Positions 1 to 8,839 of a stretch of DNA of 64,000 bases are shown in pieces; within the stretch, counting starts at the first letter, position 1, and the number at the start of each line of letters is the position of its first letter. Under the pieces are notes generated by a model. It was given only the letters and a program-made list of their open reading frames with translations, was not told the DNA's origin and ran no database searches. The DNA comes from a virus (Duplodnaviria; Heunggongvirae; Uroviricota; Caudoviricetes): positions 24,033 through 88,032 of the IMG/VR virus record IMGVR_UViG_3300035208_002853; one strand, 5' to 3'. The translations under genes and the position numbers were made by a program.

Positions 1-140
1 ATAGCGACGATCTTCTGAGCAATATCCTTATCGGATTCAGAAGCGGTCATTTCCTGTGCTTTATCATACAACGCCTGAGAAGTATTTCTCAACTTCTCGG
101 CACATGCCTTAATTTCATCGATAAATTGTTGGTCTAACAT
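1..140 (-). CDS. hypothetical protein, N-terminal part only (ORF runs off window start)
   Basis: Reverse-strand ATG at 138-140 reads MLDQQFIDEIKACAEKLRNTSQALYDKAQEMTASESDKDIAQKIVA... with no stop before position 1. Confidence 0.3.
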   Translation of the reverse strand, partial: MLDQQFIDEIKACAEKLRNTSQALYDKAQEMTASESDKDIAQKIVA

Positions 141-539
141 GTTTTATTCTCCGTTATCTGTATTAATTTAAGGTAAATTTGGTCGAGTTCTATGATTATA
201 GCAAGTACGCCGAAAAATATCATATATTTAATGTTCCCTATATAACATTCAACCGCGAATAACAAAAACGTCAAAAGGGATATCCAAGAAATAATCGGTA
301 TCAAATACTTGTTAATATTCGTCTTATCAATTAGCATTTTTTTTATTCTCCCTCAAATCCCATAAATTTTCTCCAACCCTCTGGACCGAAAAACTCTTCA
401 TCATCTAACGAATTCAGGGATTGAATAATTAGCTTAAGATACTTTTTTACCGCAAATTCGGTCATGTCGTCTACGATAGAAACAGATAACATAAAGACTC
501 CTAAAAATAAGACCTCGGATTCTGAAACGAATCCTACGG

Positions 540-1817
540 TTACCACGCATCCGCAGTGTTTTCCGCTGCGGTAGGCTCTTCATTAATCTTTATCGGCTCG
601 CTAGGCATCCCAGAAGAGATATCCTTTATGGCGTACACCCTAATTCCGGGAGTATCTCTTTCCTTGTTTATAAACACCTTTCCGATTACCTGTACGATTC
701 CAGCGAGGTTTCCTTTTGGACCTGTTACAGAGTCAAATATAGCCGCATCTCCGATAATATTAATGGAATTAGCACTCATATCTGAAATCGTAGTGTATCC
801 GATCTTAGTTCCCTTCTCTGGATTCTGCTTAACTTCTACAATTGCGTCCCCAAACATTGGCTGCAATTTCACAAACTTACCTGCGAAATTACGAACTCCA
901 TTTAGATCCGCCAGGATCTCGCACGCCATACTGTCATCTATTGTGATCTTCTCATTGGAAGTGTTTGGCTTACTATTAAGGTTCCAGTATGGCCCGTTTT
1001 CTCTAAGAACTCCCTTGTACGTGGCCCCAAAATCCACCTTATGGGCCATCCACTCATCGAATATTGTAGAAACAGTCCGAACCTCGGTAGTTCCGTTTGA
1101 GTTTAAAACGAGAATCTCCATCGAACGAGACATAAGAGGCTCTGCGGAGATCTGACCATCCCTAGTCTTCTTGTAGAGAGGCTCTTTTACGATCTTTCCA
1201 TCTTCTCCCTTTGTAACCTGTCCATCTGCGTCCTTTACGTTTCTCATTACGGGTTTGGGCTCATATGCTACTAGGATTTTAAATGGAGATCCCTGAGCGA
1301 TTGCGGGAACCGTAAAAGTCCTTTCGGTTGTACCGATATCATTGATCCCATAGTTTGTATACCCATCCCTAATAGACTTATTAAGCTTACCTCTATAAAA
1401 TCCCGGCCTAAAAGACTTGTTGTTCCAATGGGTAACCCGAATCCTTACACATCCTTCGGTCTGCGCCTCGCTGTGGAACATATCGGTATTGTTTCCAACT
1501 GGCACAATAATATATAGATTGGAAAACGCCTTGTTATTCTTGGTGAGCTTGGCATCGTCCTGTTGCTCCAAGTAGAACAAAACCTCTGTATCTCCCTTGG
1601 AAGCCGCCTTCTCACAAGAAATAACCTGATTAATAGCCATCTCTTCTACAGAAAGAACTTTTGCAACTCCTCCAACATTCAGATTAAAGGGCTTTGTACC
1701 CGCGTCCTTTAAAACCTTAAATTTTGCCGCATACTTATCCTTAAACGTATCTATAGCGAGTCCTGTAGCTTCAACGCCCTTGTTTAGGGCGGCTTCTATA
1801 TTAAATTTCTCTGTCAT
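540..1817 (-). CDS. hypothetical 425-aa protein; candidate abundant/virion structural protein
   Basis: Long ORF, strong SD (AGGAGC) and upstream promoter-like motif; no catalytic motifs recognised; Gly/Thr-rich, disordered acidic C-terminus. Confidence 0.4.
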   Translation of the reverse strand: MTEKFNIEAALNKGVEATGLAIDTFKDKYAAKFKVLKDAGTKPFNLNVGGVAKVLSVEEMAINQVISCEKAASKGDTEVLFYLEQQDDAKLTKNNKAFSNLYIIVPVGNNTDMFHSEAQTEGCVRIRVTHWNNKSFRPGFYRGKLNKSIRDGYTNYGINDIGTTERTFTVPAIAQGSPFKILVAYEPKPVMRNVKDADGQVTKGEDGKIVKEPLYKKTRDGQISAEPLMSRSMEILVLNSNGTTEVRTVSTIFDEWMAHKVDFGATYKGVLRENGPYWNLNSKPNTSNEKITIDDSMACEILADLNGVRNFAGKFVKLQPMFGDAIVEVKQNPEKGTKIGYTTISDMSANSINIIGDAAIFDSVTGPKGNLAGIVQVIGKVFINKERDTPGIRVYAIKDISSGMPSEPIKINEEPTAAENTADAW

Positions 1818-1854
1818 GAATTTATGCTCCTCTTGTTTGATACCATTACAATGG

Positions 1855-1877
1855 ATTGCTAGAATAAATAGTTTCTG
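1855..1877 (+). promoter_or_regulatory. plus-strand promoter-like element CTAGAATAAATAGTTtcTGGTAGG
   Basis: Near-identical 23-mer also at 63593, 54502, 40813 and 2831; the 40813 copy sits right upstream of the plus-strand resolvase gene. Confidence 0.35.
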
Positions 1878-1955
1878 GTAGGCGTTTCAGCCTACCATCA
1901 TAGCACGCCGTCTTTCAGGCGTGCGTACCGAGTGACTCCGCAGAGTCCGAGGTGA
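1873..1955 (+). ncRNA. candidate small structured RNA (three GC-rich hairpins) downstream of orphan promoter
   Basis: GGTAGGC-gtttca-GCCTACC, GCACGCC-gtctttca-GGCGTGC, GACTC-cgca-GAGTC in an ORF-free 290-bp gap of an AT-rich genome; no T-run after them. Confidence 0.2.
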
Positions 1956-2107
1956 TATTTATACCGTCTCCAACAACAAATTAGCCGCAAACATCGAAAA
2001 AGATGCAGCTATTATCCTTTCCGTATACGAGTTTTCCCTATTAATTGAAATATCTAATCCAACATAAATTACAATAATAAATATAAATCTAACCACGAAT
2101 TTCTCTA

Positions 2108-2710
2108 TCATAACCACCTCTCCAATCCAAGATTCCACACCTCTTCATGGTCTCCTAAATACTGACCAATTTTCTTTTCCTTTCTAACATATTTCGCCAT
2201 GAAATCAAGCTTTCCTTCCCTTTCGACTCTATAAACACAACCCTCAGCGAGTTCCAGCGCTCCATGATGACCAAACTCACCAAGTAAAATGTCCGCCTCT
2301 TGAGTAGTTATCGGACCTCCCTCATGGAGAACATAAGGTCTGGGGAAGAAGGACGGGACAATCGAATTAAAAACATCTAATGTTTTAGCTCCGCCAGGAC
2401 CTAATAGATCAAACGCTACGAAAGGTTCATGTTGTAATTCATATTTTGTTCCATGAGCCTGCGCCATCCACTCTCCACATAATCTTTGATTATTTTCTAA
2501 GAATTCAAATTCGTCCTGATTCTTATAGAACCAGTCAGAAAACAATCTATGCTGCTTAAATTTAGACGTATTTGCTTGCCAGCCTTTTCGTGTTACTGGT
2601 GTTAATATTCCATCAATTCGTGCGCCAGCACAGCTCGATCCGTCGCATTTCTCCTGTAGAATTATTTTGTCCTTCTTGTCGCGCAGTTTACGAGTACAAA
2701 TTCTGTCCAT
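2108..2710 (-). CDS. nucleotidyltransferase-fold, ligase-like protein (KxDG-like motif)
   Basis: LQEKCDGSS (motif I-like), EGCVYRVER (motif IV-like), DFMAKYVRKEKK (motif V-like); 200 aa. Confidence 0.35.
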   Translation of the reverse strand: MDRICTRKLRDKKDKIILQEKCDGSSCAGARIDGILTPVTRKGWQANTSKFKQHRLFSDWFYKNQDEFEFLENNQRLCGEWMAQAHGTKYELQHEPFVAFDLLGPGGAKTLDVFNSIVPSFFPRPYVLHEGGPITTQEADILLGEFGHHGALELAEGCVYRVEREGKLDFMAKYVRKEKKIGQYLGDHEEVWNLGLERWL

Positions 2711-2830
2711 TCCCTCATTTACAAAGAAATCTCCTTTCTCAGCGTGAGATCCTAGTAGGTGAGGAATTCGGTGATAGGCTTTTCTGCCTAGTGCTTTTGT
2801 GAGAATTTGGGATCACCTATGTAAAAAGAG

Positions 2831-2853
2831 CGGTATTAGAATAAATAGTTATC
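2831..2853 (+). promoter_or_regulatory. plus-strand promoter-like element TTAGAATAAATAGTTATCGG
   Basis: Member of the TAAATAGT motif family; followed by a 250-bp ORF-free plus-strand stretch. Confidence 0.3.
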
Positions 2854-3105
2854 GGAAAGTATGCAAAAAAAGACCTTGGTCTTTGGCGAGGCCAAGAAGC
2901 CACTAAGAAATTGATATATATAACAATCATCCTCGCTAAATAGGGAGAGATGTCCCAAGGGCGCGAATTATAGGCCCGCGAGGAGACATAAACGGACCGC
3001 CGTAGGTTTCATTTTTTCAGAAACAGAGGCACGGAGGGAAGAATGGAGACGAATTTCCCTTGGGACGTTTTGAATTATTGTTCTAATGGTATTTATAGAT
3101 TACGG

Positions 3106-3489
3106 TCAATCTTGGTTTGTGTACGAAGCTAAGGCTTGTTCCGCTAAGAATTCTCCAAACAAACCCTCCATTACCTCTTCGTAACCCCAATTCCACAAGA
3201 AATAATATGTGTCGCCCTCGAAGCGTTTTAGTTGAGCTAATTCACGTTTCCATTCTTGCCTTCTCTTGACCCTCATGCGCCAATCTTTCCAACCCCTCAT
3301 TCGACCCCAAGCGGCATAGGGATGGTATCCGATCCAAGTGGGCCAAAGAAGGTCGTTCGCGATAGGATCTATTAAATCTTCTGCTTTTAATTTCTGCGAA
3401 GAAATCCAACCACAGTATCCGGGACCGCCAATTATAGGGCGTTTGTTATAAATCCTTCTGGTTCTGGTCAAAGTTTTACTCTCCCACAA
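3106..3489 (-). CDS. hypothetical protein (Trp/Arg-rich)
   Basis: ORF in co-directional block; overlaps upstream gene by 14 nt. Confidence 0.35.
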   Translation of the reverse strand: MWESKTLTRTRRIYNKRPIIGGPGYCGWISSQKLKAEDLIDPIANDLLWPTWIGYHPYAAWGRMRGWKDWRMRVKRRQEWKRELAQLKRFEGDTYYFLWNWGYEEVMEGLFGEFLAEQALASYTNQD

Positions 3490-3835
3490 TCGACTCCACG
3501 CATTCCTTCAGCATTTCCCAACATTCCTCTTTCGATACTTCGCGATTTATACTCATTCCCCGCCCCAAATATTTATACCAAGAAACTTCAATATCTTTGT
3601 ATTTGAAATTAAATAGCTGATTATTTTCCTCATTCCAGTCGTGGGCGTTAACCTCAAAAATAGAATTATGCCATCGCGCACCAGTGTTTCTAAATGGATT
3701 TCCGTTAGAGATTTTCTTATTGTAAAAAAACTGAGCAAGATATTCTAATGCCGCAGCTATATGATCAGGACACTCAAATTTTTGTGGTTCCTGACCATAA
3801 AAGATTTGCCCCAATTCGGGCTCATATTCTTTCAT
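3476..3835 (-). CDS. hypothetical protein
   Basis: ORF in co-directional block. Confidence 0.35.
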   Translation of the reverse strand: MKEYEPELGQIFYGQEPQKFECPDHIAAALEYLAQFFYNKKISNGNPFRNTGARWHNSIFEVNAHDWNEENNQLFNFKYKDIEVSWYKYLGRGMSINREVSKEECWEMLKECVESIVGE

Positions 3836-4021
3836 CTAAACACTCCCAATAAAATCGCTCCACCAATGGCCATCGTTACTCCAAGAACTATCATACCAAG
3901 ATCTATGATAAAACAAATATGTTTAAACGTTTCTGGAAAAATTCTGGCCAACTTAGGATCAAATTCGGCTGGCTCATATTCGGTCCTTTTATCGGATGCC
4001 TCACGAGGCCTTCTTCCCATT

Positions 4022-4714
4022 TTATCCACCCTTCCATTCATAACATTCGCTATAGAGATCTCGTTTCTCATTCGAATCAAAAATCTCAACTACCCCATCT
4101 TTTATAACTGCATACCTAAATCTTCCAGAATCAAATCCTACTTTACAATACGGATCAATCATATAGAAATCTTTTATGGGACGACACCATGAAGGAGGTG
4201 TATGCCCCACTACCTGCACTATTTCAGGGTGAGGATTAACTCCTTCTCCAGGCCGGAACCACAAAATGTTATCTCCAGACCATAAGTTAACCAATGGAGT
4301 TCTATTTAGAGTTTCTTTGATAAGACCCACATCATTTTGCCTACTAAAATATACATCAGATAGTCCCGCATGAGTAATTAATACGCCATCATGTACCGCA
4401 GCCATTTTAAATTCGTTCTGGATTTTAATAATTTTTTCTTGTTCCTCATAATTTATCATATTCTGAGGCCAGATCTGTTTATTTAATATAATGGCAGCGT
4501 CATGATTCCCAATTAAAAGTTCTGCGTTATTTCTTTGTAGGATATCTATACATTCTAACGCTGAATATCCAATATCAACCAGATCTCCACAAAATACAAG
4601 TCTATCTGTATTTTTGTCATATCTAGAATGTTTTAAAACATTAGTAATAAGGTGAGGGCTTCCATGCGCGTCGGAGCAAATTATACATCTAATAGTAATC
4701 ATCCTCATATTCAT
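4022..4714 (-). CDS. calcineurin-like metallophosphoesterase (PPP-family Ser/Thr phosphatase / ApaH-like)
   Basis: Motifs CSDAHG, GDLVDIG (GDxxDRG), LIGNHD (GNHD/E). Confidence 0.7.
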   Translation of the reverse strand: MNMRMITIRCIICSDAHGSPHLITNVLKHSRYDKNTDRLVFCGDLVDIGYSALECIDILQRNNAELLIGNHDAAIILNKQIWPQNMINYEEQEKIIKIQNEFKMAAVHDGVLITHAGLSDVYFSRQNDVGLIKETLNRTPLVNLWSGDNILWFRPGEGVNPHPEIVQVVGHTPPSWCRPIKDFYMIDPYCKVGFDSGRFRYAVIKDGVVEIFDSNEKRDLYSECYEWKGG

Positions 4715-4933
4715 TATATGGCGGGTCTAACCAGTCTAAATAATCATACCACATTTCTACCGCGTAACCCATCGGGTCTTTAATTATCTCGGTCCAATTA
4801 ATATCTCCATCTCTGTTTTTAATTTCAGTCTCCTTAAACCTCCTCAAATTCTCCTTCCTGTGGCTCAAATATTGTTTTACTTTCCAAGAAAAACAATCTG
4901 GACAGGCATCGAACCTGTCGAAACGGGAACGGA

Positions 4934-5239
4934 TCATGGATATTCTCTTCTGTAGAACTTCATCACTTCGAGTTGAAATTTTTCCATTAATTCATCTTTT
5001 ATTGTCGGATATCGATCGACCTCTTTCCATAATTCCTCCAACATCTCTTCTTTGACGCGATCTCTTTCTAAATAATAGCTAACATCTATTTTCTGGAGAT
5101 CATCAATTAATTGTCGGATTGCTTGAAAATCCAAAGATATACTGTTTTCTTCTCCTGCGTCTATAATTACTTTTTCTCCCAAATAAGGTCCGTAATTGTG
5201 AATATAGACCTTTGCTGCACCAAAATCCTCGGTCACCAA
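4934..5239 (-). CDS. hypothetical protein
   Basis: ORF, TTG start per ORF track. Confidence 0.3.
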   Translation of the reverse strand: MVTEDFGAAKVYIHNYGPYLGEKVIIDAGEENSISLDFQAIRQLIDDLQKIDVSYYLERDRVKEEMLEELWKEVDRYPTIKDELMEKFQLEVMKFYRREYP

Positions 5240-5455
5240 TATGTATAACCCCTATCTTTTGTTACTGTAAAAATCTCTCCAAACTTCTTAAAATATTGTC
5301 GCTCGCGAATCCTAAACGCTTTGTTCTCTGCGCGACGCCATTTAGCTGGTGCGTGATGAGACCAGTATTTTGTATTCTTTATTGTATGAGACATAATTCG
5401 AACCGATTATTTCTAGATCTGGAATCTGGCGCATCTGCCTTGTCCCCAAAAATTT

Positions 5456-6208
5456 TTAAAGAGGGTTCGGCACCCTCGTACTATATACCTTCTTTAGAGG
5501 TTTAATATCAGATGACTCTTCTTTATTGAACGCGATTCTTAAATATATAGATGTCGCAGGTTCTGTGTACTCCAGTGCGTCCACCTCATTAAACTTTTGG
5601 TTGCTTTTCCCAGAGAGTCCAGTTCCTCCGCTGATTAAACTGCGAGAGGCATAGGAACAGTTATCGGAGGAAAATTTGGCGTCACTAGATGTTACCGCGG
5701 AAGATCCACCACTATTCGTCTCACAAGAGAAAGATGATACCGTATCCCAATCCGAGACTGCATAGGCGTAAACTCTGGGCGGATTCCAAGGTTTTTCTGG
5801 GGTTTTTGTGATATAAGGCCAAGGATCTACGACAATTGGATGTTGAATTATAGGAACACATATCTTATTCCCAGGTCTAAATACCGCGCGAATTAATCCC
5901 ATAGATTTGTTATGGTCAATCTTCGCGATTTTAGCCTCTTCTGAATCAATTCTATAGGCAGTAAATCTTTGATTAGAATGCTCTGGCCTTTCAAGGATCA
6001 TGCTTTGCCCACTCTCGATTCTGTAGATACCGCAGAATTCATCGTCGATATAGATTTCTACATCACAGGGTTTTCCATGACCGTCCTCTTTGTGATGATT
6101 AGAAAGTTTTAAAGAATACTGTTGTCTGTGCCGCATTATTACATAGCTCTCCGAAGTTTCACTTAAACACTCGGGAACTTTTACTGAAAATCCATTGAGA
6201 CTTGCCAT
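5456..6208 (-). CDS. hypothetical protein with Ser-rich C-terminal region
   Basis: 250-aa ORF preceded by TATAAATAG-type motif at 6267-6287. Confidence 0.4.
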   Translation of the reverse strand: MASLNGFSVKVPECLSETSESYVIMRHRQQYSLKLSNHHKEDGHGKPCDVEIYIDDEFCGIYRIESGQSMILERPEHSNQRFTAYRIDSEEAKIAKIDHNKSMGLIRAVFRPGNKICVPIIQHPIVVDPWPYITKTPEKPWNPPRVYAYAVSDWDTVSSFSCETNSGGSSAVTSSDAKFSSDNCSYASRSLISGGTGLSGKSNQKFNEVDALEYTEPATSIYLRIAFNKEESSDIKPLKKVYSTRVPNPL

Positions 6209-6305
6209 TTAAAACTCACATCCATATTACATCCGCTTGGGATGAGGATATCTTAAATATGAGATCGATACTATTTATATTTATTGGTCATCAGTATATT
6301 TTCAA

Positions 6306-6581
6306 TCACAGAAGTTCCTCGATTAGCATATCTATAAAATCGTTGTCATGCCGATCGTTATAGCGAAAACATAATGCCCATCCAGCACTCACACGTTCCC
6401 AGGATTCATCTAATTTTCCTAAATCGGTAAGATGTTCCAGCGCAAAATGAACATCCGTTTTACTCAATCCAGTCTGCACTACTAAATTAGAAAAATATGG
6501 AAGATAGCAGTACCTACATGCAACCGCAACCTTTAGATTTCTTGACAAAAGGTTCCATCTTTCTTGGTTGAAGCATTTCAT
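6306..6581 (-). CDS. hypothetical protein (possible winged-helix)
   Basis: ORF with ATGA overlap to upstream gene. Confidence 0.3.
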   Translation of the reverse strand: MKCFNQERWNLLSRNLKVAVACRYCYLPYFSNLVVQTGLSKTDVHFALEHLTDLGKLDESWERVSAGWALCFRYNDRHDNDFIDMLIEELL

Positions 6582-6802
6582 TTAGATTCCCACCACCGAC
6601 CTTCAACGCCACACGCGCCATCAAGGCGACACGAAATCCAACCACCAAGGAGAGACGACCTTTGGGTGCTGCAATAGTTATATCTTCTTTCTTCTTCAAA
6701 CCCAGTCTGTTTATTTATATTTTTCTTGTTTTGAGGAGCGCGACATTCAGCAAATTCTCCTGGATTTTTACACCATCTACATTCTTTGCAAAGTTTTATC
6801 AT
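6578..6802 (-). CDS. small Cys-rich protein (6 Cys) directly downstream of radical-SAM gene
   Basis: MIKLCKECRWCKNPGEFAECR...; likely start at the internal Met, giving a 4-nt overlap with the rSAM stop. Confidence 0.35.
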   Translation of the reverse strand: MIKLCKECRWCKNPGEFAECRAPQNKKNINKQTGFEEERRYNYCSTQRSSLLGGWISCRLDGACGVEGRWWESK

Positions 6803-7866
6803 TTCCACACCTCCGATTCCCAACAACTAAGTGCCGCTATATTCCAATCTGTAACTCCGTAAGACATCACATTACCGCCAAAGCAACCTCCATAGGAATC
6901 TCGCGGCTTGCGCTTAGTAGAAGAAGTTACTTCTTCAAAAATCTTTTGGACCTCTTCTGTCGTTAATTTTATCTCTTCCTTTTCTTCTGGGGTTATCTGT
7001 GGTTTAGGATGTTGACCGTGCTTTACTTTCTCTATGGGTGCAATAGTCGGCGTACATTCATCTATTTTGGGATACGAAACACAATTCCTACAGGACTTCG
7101 ACCAACCAGATCCGAACCTTATGTCTCTGAACTCGGTTTCCCATATATCTTTTAAAGACCTCTTAAATAAATTCCCTTGAACCGATATGCTTCCTGATGT
7201 TCTTTCGCTCAGACAAGGAATTACGTCTCCATCCACCGTAATCCCACATGAAACAATTCCTGCGGAGCATTTATGTTCATCCTGTAGATTATCTGCTAGG
7301 ATGTATTTTACGCCCTCTAATTCGCGAATTTTCTTTCTCAAGTAAGAAATCCCTTCAGAACTTAACATAAACTCCGATCCCGTAGTTAACTGAATCTGCC
7401 AAGATCTAAACGATTTAGCAATCTCGGCTAACGCATCGAATTCCCAAATGTTATGAGTTCCGAAATTTGTAACCATAACAATCTTGTTGTGTGGAATTTT
7501 CGGAAGATACATTGGGTATAAATGGTCTCTTGGGGTGTTCACAGATAACCCAATTATGGTAAACTTTTCCAGTAGTTCTTTACTATGAGCAAAAAATGTA
7601 CCATTTGTAATAATTCTTACGTCGCAGTTGTAAGACTTTAAAACATCAACTACTCTATTCAATTTATTGGACGAAAGCCCTCCGGGTTCTCCTCCACTTA
7701 GGGTGACTACATCGACTCCGTAGGAGCCAATTTCGTGCGCGATATGAATCATATGTTCCAAAGTCGGATGGTCTTCCCTCAAAACATCCTTCGAACCACA
7801 GTATTTACAACCTTTGTTACATCTAAGTGTAATTTCCCATATTATGTCCTTTAATTTAAGACTCAT
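6799..7866 (-). CDS. radical SAM / SPASM-domain enzyme
   Basis: CNKGCKYC (CX3CX2C), SGGEP (SAM-binding GGE), C-terminal CSAGIVSCGITVDGDVIPC and CRNCVSYPKIDEC auxiliary-cluster Cys motifs. Confidence 0.8.
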   Translation of the reverse strand: MSLKLKDIIWEITLRCNKGCKYCGSKDVLREDHPTLEHMIHIAHEIGSYGVDVVTLSGGEPGGLSSNKLNRVVDVLKSYNCDVRIITNGTFFAHSKELLEKFTIIGLSVNTPRDHLYPMYLPKIPHNKIVMVTNFGTHNIWEFDALAEIAKSFRSWQIQLTTGSEFMLSSEGISYLRKKIRELEGVKYILADNLQDEHKCSAGIVSCGITVDGDVIPCLSERTSGSISVQGNLFKRSLKDIWETEFRDIRFGSGWSKSCRNCVSYPKIDECTPTIAPIEKVKHGQHPKPQITPEEKEEIKLTTEEVQKIFEEVTSSTKRKPRDSYGGCFGGNVMSYGVTDWNIAALSCWESEVWK

Positions 7867-8134
7867 TTTCTCGTATCTCCTCTCTAATTTTACTTATTTC
7901 GTCCCAATGTCTTGATATAAGCCCCGCCATGTATTCTCTGGTTTCCATGTCAGAGAAAACCTCTAAGTCATTAAAATCTCGAAGTACTATATCCTTTATC
8001 TCCTGCCTCTCTAATAAACTTTTCTCTGCTTCCGGCACCGATCTTCCTATTCCATAGTTACCCGGACTATCCGTGTCAAAGGCATAGTATTTTTTATCCT
8101 TATCCTTCCAGGGTTTAATACATTTTATGGGCAT
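7856..8134 (-). CDS. hypothetical protein
   Basis: ORF; promoter motif TTTAAATAGT plus AGGAG SD immediately upstream (8135-8162). Confidence 0.4.
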   Translation of the reverse strand: MPIKCIKPWKDKDKKYYAFDTDSPGNYGIGRSVPEAEKSLLERQEIKDIVLRDFNDLEVFSDMETREYMAGLISRHWDEISKIREEIRENES

Positions 8135-8229
8135 ATCTCTCCTATCGCAAACTATTTAAATCATTAAAATAATATGGGTTTAATGGTCTAGTGGGTGGAT
8201 AGATCTAGAATTGATAGTCTCCCGATATA

Positions 8230-8439
8230 CTAGACCCTCACCTCTTCAATCTCGTTTCCAAGGAACCACTCTATTTTATCCTTAACTTTTAGGATCATCA
8301 GCCTGATTTTCCAATCCATCGGTTCGTTCTCTTGTTCCTCTAAATATTTAAGAGCATTTTCTAGGAGAGATAAACCATTATCTGTAATCCTATATTCTTT
8401 ATCTTCCATAATATTAAACCTCTTTCTTATTGATATCAA
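8230..8439 (-). CDS. hypothetical small protein (possible wHTH/RRE-like)
   Basis: ORF with GAGG SD. Confidence 0.35.
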   Translation of the reverse strand: MISIRKRFNIMEDKEYRITDNGLSLLENALKYLEEQENEPMDWKIRLMILKVKDKIEWFLGNEIEEVRV

Positions 8440-8579
8440 ATTTAGTTTTCACCCATTCAAATAATTCGTCTCGATCTTCTGAAGACAAACCTCCAACATA
8501 CAAACTCATATGTATATAGTGCTTACCTTCATTGTGAATATCTTCTCCAGATGTCCACGTAAATCCTCCAGGTTTTATT

Positions 8580-8837
8580 TTATCTACCACTTAAACCATA
8601 CTCCTTAATATCCTGTATCAAATCTACAAGTTTTTCATATTTAGATAATATCGCGATTCCCGCAAGGGATACGTTCGGGTCCCAAGATTCTTCTGCCTTC
8701 TTAATGGTCTCATAAAGATCTTTCTGGACCAGTTCTAAATAGACGCGATCTACGGGAGGCTTGGTGGGATAGGTGTGGGTGTGACTTGTTTTAAGGTAGT
8801 ACTCCTCGTCAAACTGCCCATTCATGTAGGGTTCCAC
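8580..8837 (-). CDS. hypothetical protein
   Basis: ORF between the two rSAM genes. Confidence 0.35.
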   Translation of the reverse strand: MEPYMNGQFDEEYYLKTSHTHTYPTKPPVDRVYLELVQKDLYETIKKAEESWDPNVSLAGIAILSKYEKLVDLIQDIKEYGLSGR

Positions 8838-8839
8838 GG

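Noticed and set aside
556-1155. Plus-strand ORFs antisense to long minus-strand genes (also 3761..4192, 37241..37765, 42509..43044, 56814..57893 and others)
   Set aside because: They lie fully inside better-supported genes on the opposite strand, have no SD or promoter, and show low-complexity composition typical of antisense frames.
1873-1955. tRNA gene in the hairpin cluster
   Set aside because: There are 7-bp stems with 6-8-nt loops and no acceptor, D, anticodon and T cloverleaf arrangement.
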